The translations under genes and the position numbers were made by a program. This document shows, piece by piece, positions 9,915-19,960 of a stretch of DNA of 20,930 nt; position 1 is the stretch's first letter, and every line of letters begins with the position of its first letter. A model generated the notes under the pieces. The model made no database searches and was not told where the DNA came from. It worked only from the letters and a program-made list of their open reading frames with translations. Source of the stretch: Octopus sinensis (lineage: Eukaryota); the NCBI RefSeq assembly GCF_006345805.1, contig NW_021823864.1:1-20930 (forward strand), in the 5' to 3' direction.

Positions 9915-10585
9915 CAACAATAACAATACCAACAACAGTAGCAGCAGCAGCAGCAACAATAATAATAACAACAAAGTCAAAAGCAAGTGTCGGGAAGAGA
10001 CGGACTTCTCCTAATATATAAAATAGCGACAAAATGTGAAGTAGTAATGACACGTACGTGAGTAATATATAAAAAAAAAAAAACAACAAAAAACGAAAAC
10101 AACATCCCCCGACCCGGTGACTACAATCGACAAAGATATTATCAAGACTATTAGTACGTTGACTAGAACAACATCAAGCATAATGATAGCATCAGCAGTA
10201 GCAGCAGCAATAATAATCTCCACGATGGCAATGATGGCGGCGGCGGCGACGATGGCGGGTGATGGTGGTGGTGGTGGTGGTGGGGGGGGGGGCGATGACG
10301 TCGATCTCGCCAATAATAGCAATGTCAGGGCTATTTCTGGACAAACTGAAGTTTATAATTAAAAACAATGTCAACCTTGTCCTTTTGTTTCTCTTTTCTT
10401 TTCTTTTTACACCTACACCACCATCGTTGTCGCGATAATAATAATAATAATAATAAAATAATAATAAAATAATAATATAATATAATAATAATAATTATAA
10501 TAATAATAATAATAAAATAAAAATAATAATATAATAATAATGATAATAAGATAATAAGATAACAATAATAATAATAATAATAATA
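9915..10585. repeat. Low-complexity mixed trinucleotide region (AAC/GCA/GGT/AAT)n
   Basis: Directly visible; long (AAT)n at ~10436-10585. Confidence 0.85.
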
Positions 10586-10895
10586 CAGAAAACAATTCCT
10601 ATCATAGTAGGTGGCATTAGGCATGATAAAAAAATTCAGACAAATACATAACAAAAACACCAGGACTACAAACACATATAACATACAGAAAATTGCACTA
10701 CTAGGCACTGCACACATCCTACGCAGAACACTTTCCATACAATAACCATCAGAGCATCACAACAAATCACAGCACATACCCAAGGCACACAGAGCTGCGC
10801 TCGGTAGTGAAGTGAAAGCACGCTATCAAAATAAAACTACTCAATAATAATAATAATAATAATTAATAGTAATAATAATAATATTAATAATAATA
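10585..10895 (+). mobile_element. 3' end of R4/Dong-type (restriction-like endonuclease) non-LTR retrotransposon, 5'-truncated
   Basis: Frameshifted peptide TIPIIVG..LGMIK...; in-frame IQKIALLGTAHILRRTLSIQ* (stop 10743-10745) is the typical R4/Dong C-terminus. Followed by a ~95-bp 3' UTR and a (TAA)n tail; sits in (TAA)n. Confidence 0.8.
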
Positions 10896-10898
10896 CCC

Positions 10899-11134
10899 TT
10901 TACTCTCTTTTCCTTGTTTCGGTCATGTGACTGTGGCCATGCTGGAGCACCGCCTTTAGTCGAGCAAGATCGACCCCAGGACTTATCCTTTGTGAGCCTA
11001 GTACTTATTCTATCGGTCTCTTCTGCCGAACCGCTAAGATACGGTGACGTAAACACACCAGCATCGGTTGTCAAGCAATGGTGGGGGTAACAAACCCAAC
11101 AACAACAAACAACACCACACTCACACACACATAC

Positions 11135-11168
<34 letters not shown>

Positions 11169-11353
11169 CTATATATATATATATATATTACTATACATAT
11201 ATACGACGGGGCTTCTTTCAGTTTCCGTCTACCAATCTACTCACAAGGCTTGTCGGCCCGAGACTATAGTAGAAGACACTTGACTAAGGTAACCACCATA
11301 GGAACTGAACCCGGAACCATGTGGTTAGTAAAGCACGCTACTTACCACACTCC
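10899..11353 (-). mobile_element. tRNA-derived SINE, family A
   Basis: Reverse-complement match to 5596-5998 with an expanded internal microsatellite. Confidence 0.88.
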
Positions 11354-11700
11354 AATAATAATATAATAATAATAATAATAATCAAAATAATAATAATAAT
11401 AATAATAATGATAATAAATAATAATGATGATGATGATGATGATATGATGATGACGACCAGCACCAGCACCAGCACCACCAGCACCACACCACCACCACCA
11501 CCACCACCACCACCTCCTCCACCACCACCACCTCCACCACCACCTCACCCACCACAACTATCTTCATCGTGATCGTGGTCGTGGTCGTTGAAGTATTCGT
11601 CATATTCGGCATCATTGTTCTCTCTCTCTCTCTCTACCTCTCTCTTTCAATCTCTGCCTCTCTCTATCTCTGCCCCTCTCTCTCTCTCCTTCTCTTTCTG
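11354..11700. repeat. Compound microsatellites (AAT)n, (GAT)n, (CAC)n, (CT)n
   Basis: Directly visible. Confidence 0.9.
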
Positions 11701-11974
11701 TCACTTTATCTATCGCTCAAATCACGCATATGACCAACACCCTCTTCCTTATCGCTGTCTCATCCCGCACCTATCGTCAATTGGTCACCATTACAACACC
11801 CACGTCCACTTAAGCTGTCATAAACACTCGAACGCACGCACACACGCATAAACACATACATTACCTCCTTCATAAACACACATAGACAATCCAAACTGCA
11901 GCACAAGTTTATTGACATACACAAACGTACACGCACATACACATTCACGCCCTTTATTTGTATTGGATATTGGA

Positions 11975-12135
11975 GTCTGGCTGTCCTAGGGTAACACCTC
12001 GATCAGCTTATCCGATTAAATCCGGCACAGCTCTTATTTAAAATCGGACACGTATTCTATTGGTCCACTTCTGTCGAACCGCTAACTGAGAAGGATGTAA
12101 GCGAACCAACAAAGCTGTAAGTGCAAACACAAAAA
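11975..12135 (-). mobile_element. Old, degraded family-A-related SINE fragment
   Basis: TATTCTATTGGTCCACTTCTGTCGAACCGCTAACTGAGAAGGATGTAA parallels TATTCTATCGGTCTCTTCTGCCGAACCGCTAAGATACGGTGACGTAA at ~11005-11052. Confidence 0.55.
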
Positions 12136-12197
12136 GACAAACAAACAAACAAAAGCACACATGTATGGGTGCGTATATATATATATATATATATATA

Positions 12198-12441
12198 GGC
12201 CATTCAACTCACTAAGATGAGCAGCTAAATTCAAACCGCTAAATAGTAGCAATTCAGAAATCAAAGGAAAATTAGATTAAATTTAATTTAAGTTAATTAG
12301 GCTGGTTTACCAAAAAGTACGTCGAAACTATACATAGTCCAAAGATGATTATGGTAAATGTTTTTAATTTTCCTTTGATTTCTGAATTGCTACTATTCAG
12401 CGGTTTGAATTTAGCTGCTCGTCTTAGTGAGTTTGATGGCC
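12198..12441. mobile_element. MITE with ~77-bp TIRs and TA flanks
   Basis: GGCCATTCAACTCACTAAGATGAGCAGC...GGAAAATTA (12198-12274) vs reverse complement of 12365-12441, few mismatches; TA at 12196-12197 and 12442-12443. Confidence 0.9.
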
Positions 12442-12837
12442 TATTAAGGCCATTCCTTAATATTATTGTTGAATGTACATTATATAGTCTGTTGACTATT
12501 TTTTCTTTCTCACTAGACCGTTGGTGGCGAAAAAATTTCTATTGAATTTTTTGCTACCCTTATATTGATTAATATATATATATAATAACAATTTAATAAA
12601 TAAAACATATGCATACATACATATATGTACATACCTACATCTATATGTATATATACATGCATATATGAGTACAGGACACCACAAAAAAAAACGTAGAACA
12701 CAACGAGAAACGAAAACATAAAAACAAAACAAGGAAACGGACTTTTTTTAACAGCAAAAATAACAGAGTACAAAACATACAACACAAGGAACATTCCCCT
12801 TCTTCAGTTGCCCCTGTTTCGACTTATTGGCATATGG

Positions 12838-13102
12838 CATTGTTTCGATATAACTCGACAAACTCAAAGCATTTCGCTTCGGGTATTTTCCGTGGGTTGC
12901 GGAGTATAGATTTAACGAAATTATGCCAGCAATGTCTCATTTTAAACTTGAAGAAAAAATGCCTTGCATATTTGTTCTTAGCTGTTTCATGTATGTGTGT
13001 AAAATCCCCAAGTTTCCAAGCAGAAAACAGAATCGAACTGTCATTTGCTTCCACGGAAATACCAGAAGTTAAATGTTTGATTTGTCGAGTTATATCGAAA
13101 AA

Positions 13103-13104
<2 letters not shown>
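12838..13104. mobile_element. MITE-like element with ~55-bp imperfect TIRs
   Basis: TTTCGATATAACTCGACAAA...GGTATTTTCCGTGG at the left end is mirrored by CCACGGAAATACC...TTTGTCGAGTTATATCGAAA at the right end. Confidence 0.75.
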
Positions 13105-13149
<45 letters not shown>

Positions 13150-13221
13150 GATATATACATACATACATGCATACATACATTAATATATGACTTCATAATT
13201 TGACACTGAATTATTGGAAGT

Positions 13222-13263
13222 CCACCTGAAGATTGTCGATCAAGACAAGAACGATTGTAGTGG
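13222..13263 (+). ncRNA. Minimal type-I hammerhead ribozyme motif with one core A missing
   Basis: CCAC-CTGAAGA-TTGTC-GATCAA-GACAA-GAAC-GATT-GTA-GTGG. Stems I and II are perfect and the cleavage triplet is GUA, but it reads GAAC instead of GAAAC. Confidence 0.7.
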
Positions 13264-13429
13264 CGGTTTTTTTGACTATTTATTAAAATTTTATGTATTG
13301 ATTAAGTATTTCCTTGTTTGTTTTGCAAAATAGTGGTTTTGTCTCTAATAATATTTTATATGTATATATATATATATGAAAAAACAAGTCAAAATAGAAA
13401 ATGCTAAAATAATTTTATAAAGAATATTT

Positions 13430-13467
13430 CAGTACCGGTTTCGGTCACTTTGAGACATTTTCAACTG
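13430..13467 (-). ncRNA. Minimal hammerhead ribozyme motif, U3-A8 core variant
   Basis: Minus strand CAG-TTGAAAA-TGTC-TCAAAGT-GACC-GAAAC-CG-GTA-CTG. Stem I CAG/CTG, stem II GTC/GAC (10.1 position mismatched), palindromic ACCGGT stem III, GUA site. Confidence 0.7.
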
Positions 13468-13606
13468 TAACGATTAAATAATTAAATTTAGAAAAATTAG
13501 AAGAAAAGTTTTTTTAAAGGAATATTTGTATAGTAGTGTTCAAATATAAGTGGCATTCTGCCTTTCTCTGACTCCCTTGTTTGCACTTGTGTGTTTATAT
13601 ATATAT

Positions 13607-14985
13607 AAGCTGTTGGATCAGGTAATGAAGGTTACGGAGAGGGTTATAGCCCAGTTAATTAGAGAGAGAGTTAGCTTAGATGATATGCAGTTTGGGTTCG
13701 TGCCAGGGAAAATACTACTGATGCTATATTCCTGGAACAGCTGCAGGAGAAATACCTAGCCAAAGGTAACCCTTGTACCTGGCTTTTGTTGACTTAGAGA
13801 AAGCCTTTGACAGGTCCCCCGATCCCTTATCTGTGGTCAATGAGGAAATAGGATAGATGAATGGTTAGTGAGAGCTGTGCGAGCCATGTACAGAGACGCA
13901 GCCAGTAAGGTGAGGGTTGGCAACGAGTACAGTGAAGAATTCCGGGTAGAGGTTGGGGTCCACCAGGTTCAGTCCTCAGCCCCCTCCTATTTATCATAGT
14001 CCTCCAGGCAATAACGGAAGAATTTAAGACAGGATGCCCTTGGAGCTCCTATATGCTGATGACCTTGCTCTAATTGCTGAGTCACTATCAGAATGGAGGA
14101 GAAGTTTCAGGTGTGGAAACAAGGATTAGAATCGAAGGCCTTAGAATCACCTAGCCAAAAAGCCAAAACCAAGTAAGTAGGAAGGTGGACCAACCACAAA
14201 CGACTTCAGGTAGATGGCCCTGCTCGATCTGTAAAAAAGGTGTAGGTAGAAACTCTATAAGGTGCACCAAGTGTAAGCTTGGACACATAAGGTGCAGCAA
14301 TGTCAAAGGAAGGCTAACTAGAAAATAGTTTTTGTCTGTGGCAGATGCTCAGGAGAAATAAACACTGGAAATGTGCAGAGTCCAACTTCTACCACGTTCC
14401 AGGGAGACAAACAGAAGTAGTGATAGCTTCCGCTACCTAGGAGACCAAGTCAGTAGCGGGGGTGGGTTGGCTGAAAGTGTAACTGCTAGAGTAAGACTAG
14501 CCTGGGCAAAGTTTAGAGGCTCTTACCCCTGCTGGTGACAAAAGGTCTCTCGCTAAGAGTAAAAGGCAGACTATATGATGCGTGTGTACGTACAGCCATG
14601 CTACATGGTAGTGAAAACATGGGCCGTGACAGCTGAGGATATGCGTAAGCTTGCAAGAAATGAACCAGATGCTCCGATGGATGTGTAATGTCAGTTCATA
14701 TCGTCAGAGTGTAAGTATTTTGAGAGAAAAGTTGAACCTAAGAAGTGTCAGTTGTGGTGTGCAAGAGAGACGGCTGCGCTGGTATGGTCATGTGACGAGA
14801 TGGCTGAAGATAGTTGTGTGCAAAAGTGCTACAACCTAGCAGTTGAGGGAACCTGTGGAAGAGGTAGACCAGGAAAACCTGGACGAGGTGGTGAAGCACG
14901 ACCTTCGAACTTTAGGTCTCACCAAGGAATGACTGAAGACCGAGTCCTATGGAAGTGTGCTGTGCATGAAGGGACCCGCAGGAAC
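13607..14985 (+). pseudogene. Frameshifted RTE reverse transcriptase ORF fragment
   Basis: Motifs after frameshift correction: QFGFVPGK, YLAFVDLEKAFDR, VGVHQGSVLSPLLF, LYADD (YADD at 14052-14063), FRYLGD, RRLRWYGHV, GRGRP. Confidence 0.92.
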
Positions 14986-17245
14986 AGTCAGGCCATATCC
15001 CGTGGCCCTACCTGGACGTAGTCGATCCACCTGTGCATACCTTCCTTCTTGTGACACTTGTGAAGACCTGCTGAGGCAAGTGAAAATCAATCAAATAGAT
15101 GAACATCAATGGAATTTGTATCTTTGTGGTACCAGTGCCTGTGGCACACAAGAAAACCATCCGAACGTGGCCGTAGCCAGTACCGCATCGACTGGCCTCC
15201 GTGCTGTGGGAACATGGTGGCACATAAAACAACCATCCGAAGACCCGGCAAGATAGTCAGGTCATAACCCGTGGGCCCTACCTGGGACGTAGTCAGTCCA
15301 CCTGTACATACCTTCCGACTTGTGAAGACCTGCTGAGCAAGTGGAAATCAAATCAAATCAAACAAATCAAAATAGATGAACATCAATGAATTTGTATCCT
15401 TGTGGTACCAGTGCCAGTGGCACACAAGAATCCATCCGAACGTGGCCGTAGTCAGTACCGCTTGTGGTACCCAGTGCCGGTGGCACACAAGAATCCATCC
15501 GAACGTGGCCGTATGTCAGTACCAGTCCAGTACCGCTTGTGGTACCAGTGCCGGTGGCACACACAGAATCCATCCGAACATGCCTAGTCAGTACCGCATC
15601 ACTGGCCATCGTGCTGTGGGCACATAACAAACACCATCCGATCGTGGCCTCGCCAGCCTCATCTAGCACCTGTGTCGGTGCACATAAAAACCCTTCCGAA
15701 GACCCGGCAAGACTAGTCAGGCCATAACCATGGCCCCTACCTGGGACGTAGTCAGTCCACTGTGCATACCTTCCTCCTTGTGACACTTGTGAAGGCCTGT
15801 TGAGCAAGTGAAAATCAAAGCCTGTTGAGGCAAGTGAAAATCATAAATCAAAATCAAATCAAAAACAATAAAATAGATGACATCAATGGAATTTGTATCT
15901 TTGTGTACCAGTGCCGGTGGCCACAATAGAAAACCATCCGAAAGTGCCGTAGCCAGTACCGCATCGACTGGCCTCCGTTCTGTGGGCACATGACAAACAC
16001 CATCCGATCGTGGCCGTTCGCACAGCCTCATCTACACCTGTGTCGGTGGCACATAAAACCCATCCGAAGACCCGGCAAGACTAGTCAGGCATAACCCATG
16101 CCCCTAACCTGGGACGTAGTCGTCCACCTGTGCAGCCTTCCTTCTTGTGACACTTGTGAAGACCTGTTGAGGCAAGTGAAATCAATCAAACAAATCAAAA
16201 TAGATGAACATCAATGGAATCTGTATCTTTGTGGTACCAGTGCCGGTGGCACACTGAGAACCATCCGAACGTGGCCGTAGCCAGTTCCGCACGACCGGCC
16301 TCCGTGCTGTGGCACGTAACACCCACCATCCGATCATGGCCGTTCGCCAGCCTCATCTGGCACCTGTGTCGGTGGCACATAAAAACACCTTCCGAAGACC
16401 CGGCAAGACTAGTCAGTCCACCTGTGCATACCTTCCTTCCTTCTTGTACACTTGTGAAGACCGTTTGAGGCAAGTGAAATCAAATCAAATCAAATCAAAA
16501 TAGACAAAATAGATGAACATCAATGGAATTTGTATCTTGTGGTACCAGTGCCTGTGGCACACAAGAATCCATCAGTGCCGTAGTCAGTCGGTGGTCACAT
16601 GACAAACACCATCCGATCGTGGCCGTTCGCCAGCCTCATCTAGCACCTGTGTCGGTGGCACATAAAAACACCATCCGAAGACCCGCAAGACTAGTCGGCC
16701 ATAACCCATGGCCCTACCTGGGACGTAGTCAGTCCACCTGTGCATACCTTCCTTCTTGTGACACTTGTGAAGACCTGTTGAGGCAAGTGAAAATCAACAA
16801 AACAAATCAAAATAGATGAACATCAATGGAATTGTATCTTTGTTGTACCAGTGCCGGTGGGCACGTGGCCATAAGAAAACCATCCGAACGTGGCCGTGCC
16901 GAGCACCGCATCGACTGGCCTCCGTGCTGTGGCACGTAACAAGCACCATCCGATCGTGGCCGTTTGCCAGCCTCATCTGCACCTGTGTCGGTGGCACATA
17001 AAACACCATCCGAGCGTGGCCGTCTGCCAGCCTCGTCTGGCACCTGTGTCGGTGCACATAAAAACAACCATCCGAGCGTGGCCGTCTGCCAGCCTCGTCT
17101 GGCACATGTGTCGGTGGCACATAAAAAACACCATCCGAGCGTGGCGTCTGCCAGCCTCGTCTGGCACCTGTGTCGGTGGCACATAAAAAACACCATCCGA
17201 GCGTGGCCGTTTGTCAGCCTCGTCTGGCCCTGTGTCGGTGGCACA
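14968..17245 (+). repeat. Hierarchical tandem array in RTE 3' UTR
   Basis: Higher-order units start GAAG(A)CCCG(G)CA at 14968, 15239, 15698, 16066, 16394 and 16677. Terminal 61-63-bp subrepeats start at 16987, 17048, 17110, 17173 and 17234. Confidence 0.92.
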
Positions 17246-17442
17246 TAAATCAACACCCACTACACTCTCGGAGTGGTTGGCGTTAGGAAGGGCATCCAGC
17301 TGTAGAAACACTGCCAGATCTGACTGGACTGGTGCAGCTTTCGGGCTCCCCAGACCCCAGTTGAACCGTCCAACCCATGCTAGCATGGAAAGCGGACGTT
17401 AAATGATGATGATGATGATGATATATATATATATATATATAA

Positions 17443-17790
17443 AGTTAGATAAACTTAGATATGTTTCGACCAAAGATTGGTCCAGGCCATGACGAACTTA
17501 ATACCACCACCTGATAGGATTATCTAAATCCTTTTTTAAGTCAAATCTTGTTTATGGTCCATTCAAGTAGAGAGTTCTTGTTGAGTGAGTTGTATTCAGG
17601 TATGATATTTCGTTTTTGTATCTGGTCTGCAAGATTGCTTATGTAAATTCGTGCGTTGAAACGAATTTTGTTGTGTCTTGGGAGGGTCATTAGGCCAATA
17701 TAATTATCACACGCACTGGTTTAATTCCACTCATTTATTAAAGATCTGATTTTGTTTGTCAAAGCTCTTTCGTTGCTTTTTACCATCTTT
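17443..17790 (-). mobile_element. Retroelement fragment (Penelope-like, inferred), homologous to 7934-8160, flanked by two hammerhead relics
   Basis: ~80% nucleotide match of 17604-17690 to 7934-8020; GCAAC-GAAAG-AG-CT-T at 17776-17762; GGTC-GAAAC-AT at 17471-17461. Confidence 0.55.
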
Positions 17791-17793
17791 ACC

Positions 17794-18038
17794 AGAGTAA
17801 AGGGTATTATTATTACTATTATTATTATTACTATTAATTATTATTATTATTATTATTCAGTAGTTTTATTTTGATAGCGTGCTTTCACTTCACTACCGAG
17901 CGCAGCTCTGTGTGCCTTGGGTGTGCTGTGATTTGTTGTGATGCTCTGATGGTTATTGTATGGAAAGTGTTCTGCGTAGGATGTGTGCAGTGCCTAGTAG
18001 AGCAATTTTCTGTATGTTATATGTGTTTGTAAGTCCTG
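17794..18038 (-). mobile_element. Second R4/Dong-type 3' end, near-identical inverted copy of 10661-10906
   Basis: Reverse complement encodes IQKIALLGTAHILRRTLSIQ* and has the same UTR and the same irregular (TAA)n tail. Confidence 0.85.
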
Positions 18039-18093
18039 ACTATCGACTATTACTGTAATATTAGCGCCAGGCAGTGTTAAGGTATAAACAAGG

Positions 18094-18220
18094 TTTAGGT
18101 TAGTTAAAATATGTTTTTACACCTTTTTACCATAAGAGAGAATATTTCTACGCAGTCACTGCACTGAATTTATCCTTTAGCAGTCGAAATATATCACAAA
18201 CATATTTTAACTAACCTAAA
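18094..18220. repeat. Perfect 23-bp inverted repeat with 81-bp spacer (small MITE-like element)
   Basis: TTTAGGTTAGTTAAAATATGTTT (18094-18116) and its exact reverse complement (18198-18220). Confidence 0.8.
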
Positions 18221-18227
18221 TTTGTGC

Positions 18228-18290
<63 letters not shown>

Positions 18291-18291
<1 letters not shown>

Positions 18292-18678
18292 TACTCTTTA
18301 CTCTTTTACATTTTGCAGTCATTTGACTAGGGCCATGCTAAAGCACCGCCTTTAGTTGAACAGATCGACTCCGGGACTTATTCTTAATGAGCCTAGTACT
18401 TATTCTATCGTTCTCTTTTGCCGTACCACTAAGTAACGGGAACGTAAATACACCGACATCGGTTGTCAAAGCGACAGTGTGCGTGTGGGGTGGGGGGACA
18501 AACACAGACACACAAACACATACACACATATATATATATATATGCATATACGACGGACTTCTTTCAGCTTCTACCTACCAAATGCATCCAAGACTCTGAG
18601 CAAGGTGCCAGCCACGCAGTGTGACTGAACCCGGAACATGTGGTTAGGAAGCAAACCCTTACCACACAGACCTCCTGC
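18291..18678 (-). mobile_element. tRNA-derived SINE, family A (diverged, internal deletion)
   Basis: Reverse-complement match to 5596-5998. Confidence 0.85.
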
Positions 18679-18685
18679 GTATAGA

Positions 18686-18726
<41 letters not shown>

Positions 18727-18979
18727 TATATATGATAGAAAGTTGGTTTGTGAAAGACGTGGTTGAATATATAGAAAATAGTAAAAAGTGAAAAAACTAC
18801 AGAAGGCTTAAGGTTAAATAATATATATATTGCGTCATATGTCTGAAGAATATTAAAAAAAATTTTCCTTACAATGAATAATTTAGAAAGAAACCGGTTC
18901 GTTTAGCATTTCAATTTCTTACGACGTAATGTTTATGTTGGATAGAGTTATCGTTATGTTTATGTTTAAAAGAGTTCTA

Positions 18980-18998
18980 AATATATATATATATATAG

Positions 18999-19038
<40 letters not shown>

Positions 19039-19151
19039 TATATATATATTAATATATATATACATATATATTATGCATACATACACATATACCACACATA
19101 TATAAATACATAGTACACACACACTCACACACATATATATATAGATAAATG

Positions 19152-19217
<66 letters not shown>

Positions 19218-19255
19218 GGAGAAGAGAGAAAGAGAGAAGCGAGAGAGAGAGAGAA
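18980..19255. repeat. Compound microsatellites (AT)n, (AC)n, (AGAT)n, (AG)n
   Basis: Directly visible. Confidence 0.92.
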
Positions 19256-19361
19256 CGTATGTGTGCATATAAGACTTATTCACAGATTCTCCTTGTCAAA
19301 TCCACTCACGAAATATTGAACGACTCAGGTTATAGGGAAAGAAACTGAAACCAACTTTTAT

Positions 19362-19960
19362 GCCGGCGAGCAGGCAGAATCGTTAGCACGCCGGCCGAAA
19401 TGCTTTGCGGTATTTCGTCTGCCGCTACGTTCTGAGTTCAAATTCCGCCGAGGTCGACTTTGCCCTTCATCCTTTCGGGGTCGATAAATTAAGTACCAGT
19501 TACGCACTGGGGTAGATATAATCGACTTAATCCGTCCGCCTGTCCTTGTTTGTCTCCTCTGTGTTTAGCCCCTTGTGGGTAGTAAAGAAATAGGTATTTC
19601 GTCTGTCTTTACGTTTTGAGTTGAAATTCCGCCGAGGTCGACTTTGCCCTTCATCCATTCGGAGTCGATAAATTAAGTACCAGTTACGCACTAGGGTCGA
19701 TATAATCGACTTAATCCGTCCGCCTGTCCTTGTTTGTCTCCTCTGTGTTTAGCCCCTTGTGGGTAGTAAAGAAATAGGTATTTCGTCTGCCGCTACGTTT
19801 TGAGTTGAAATTCCGCCGTAGTCGACTTTGCCTTTCATCGTTTGGGGATCGATAAATTAAGTACCAGTTACGCACTGGGGTCGATGTAATCGACTTAATC
19901 CCTTTGTCTGTCCTTGTTTGTTCCCATTATGTTCCCTCTTGTGGACAGTAAAGAAATAAG
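19362..19960 (+). mobile_element. tRNA-derived SINE, family B, head plus three tandem 184-bp body units
   Basis: Head GCCGGCGAGCAGGCAGAATCGTTAGCACGCC...GAGTTCAAATTCC; units start GGTATTTCG at 19409, 19593 and 19777. Confidence 0.9.

Larger units (their letters stand above)
13607..17421 (+). mobile_element. RTE-clade LINE, 5'-truncated, with expanded 3' UTR and (GAT)n tail
   Basis: RT relic followed by a repeated 3' UTR, terminal segment GAGTGGTTGGCGTTAGGAAGGGCATCCAGC...GGACGTTAAATGATGATGATG. Confidence 0.9.

Noticed and set aside
12520-12562. Hairpin GTGGCGAAAAAATT...AATTTTTTGCTAC resembling an intrinsic terminator
   Set aside because: Eukaryotic repeat context, A/T-run driven, no associated gene or ribozyme core.
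12790-12825. Minus-strand GAAAC...CTGAAGA hammerhead words
   Set aside because: Motifs are in the wrong order with no NUH or stem III between them.
14968-17245. CRISPR-like repeat-spacer appearance
   Set aside because: Eukaryotic context, 'spacers' are themselves repeated, there are no cas genes, and the array lies within an RTE 3' UTR.
16987-17245. HDV-like ribozyme (CCAGCCTCGTCTGG resembles HDV P2/P3/L3)
   Set aside because: No P1 or P1.1 pairing could be built and the loop lacks the UCCUCG pattern; simple hairpins explain it.
17761-17800. Intact hammerhead using CTGGTAA as core
   Set aside because: The core is non-canonical and stem II cannot form; only the 3' half is supported.
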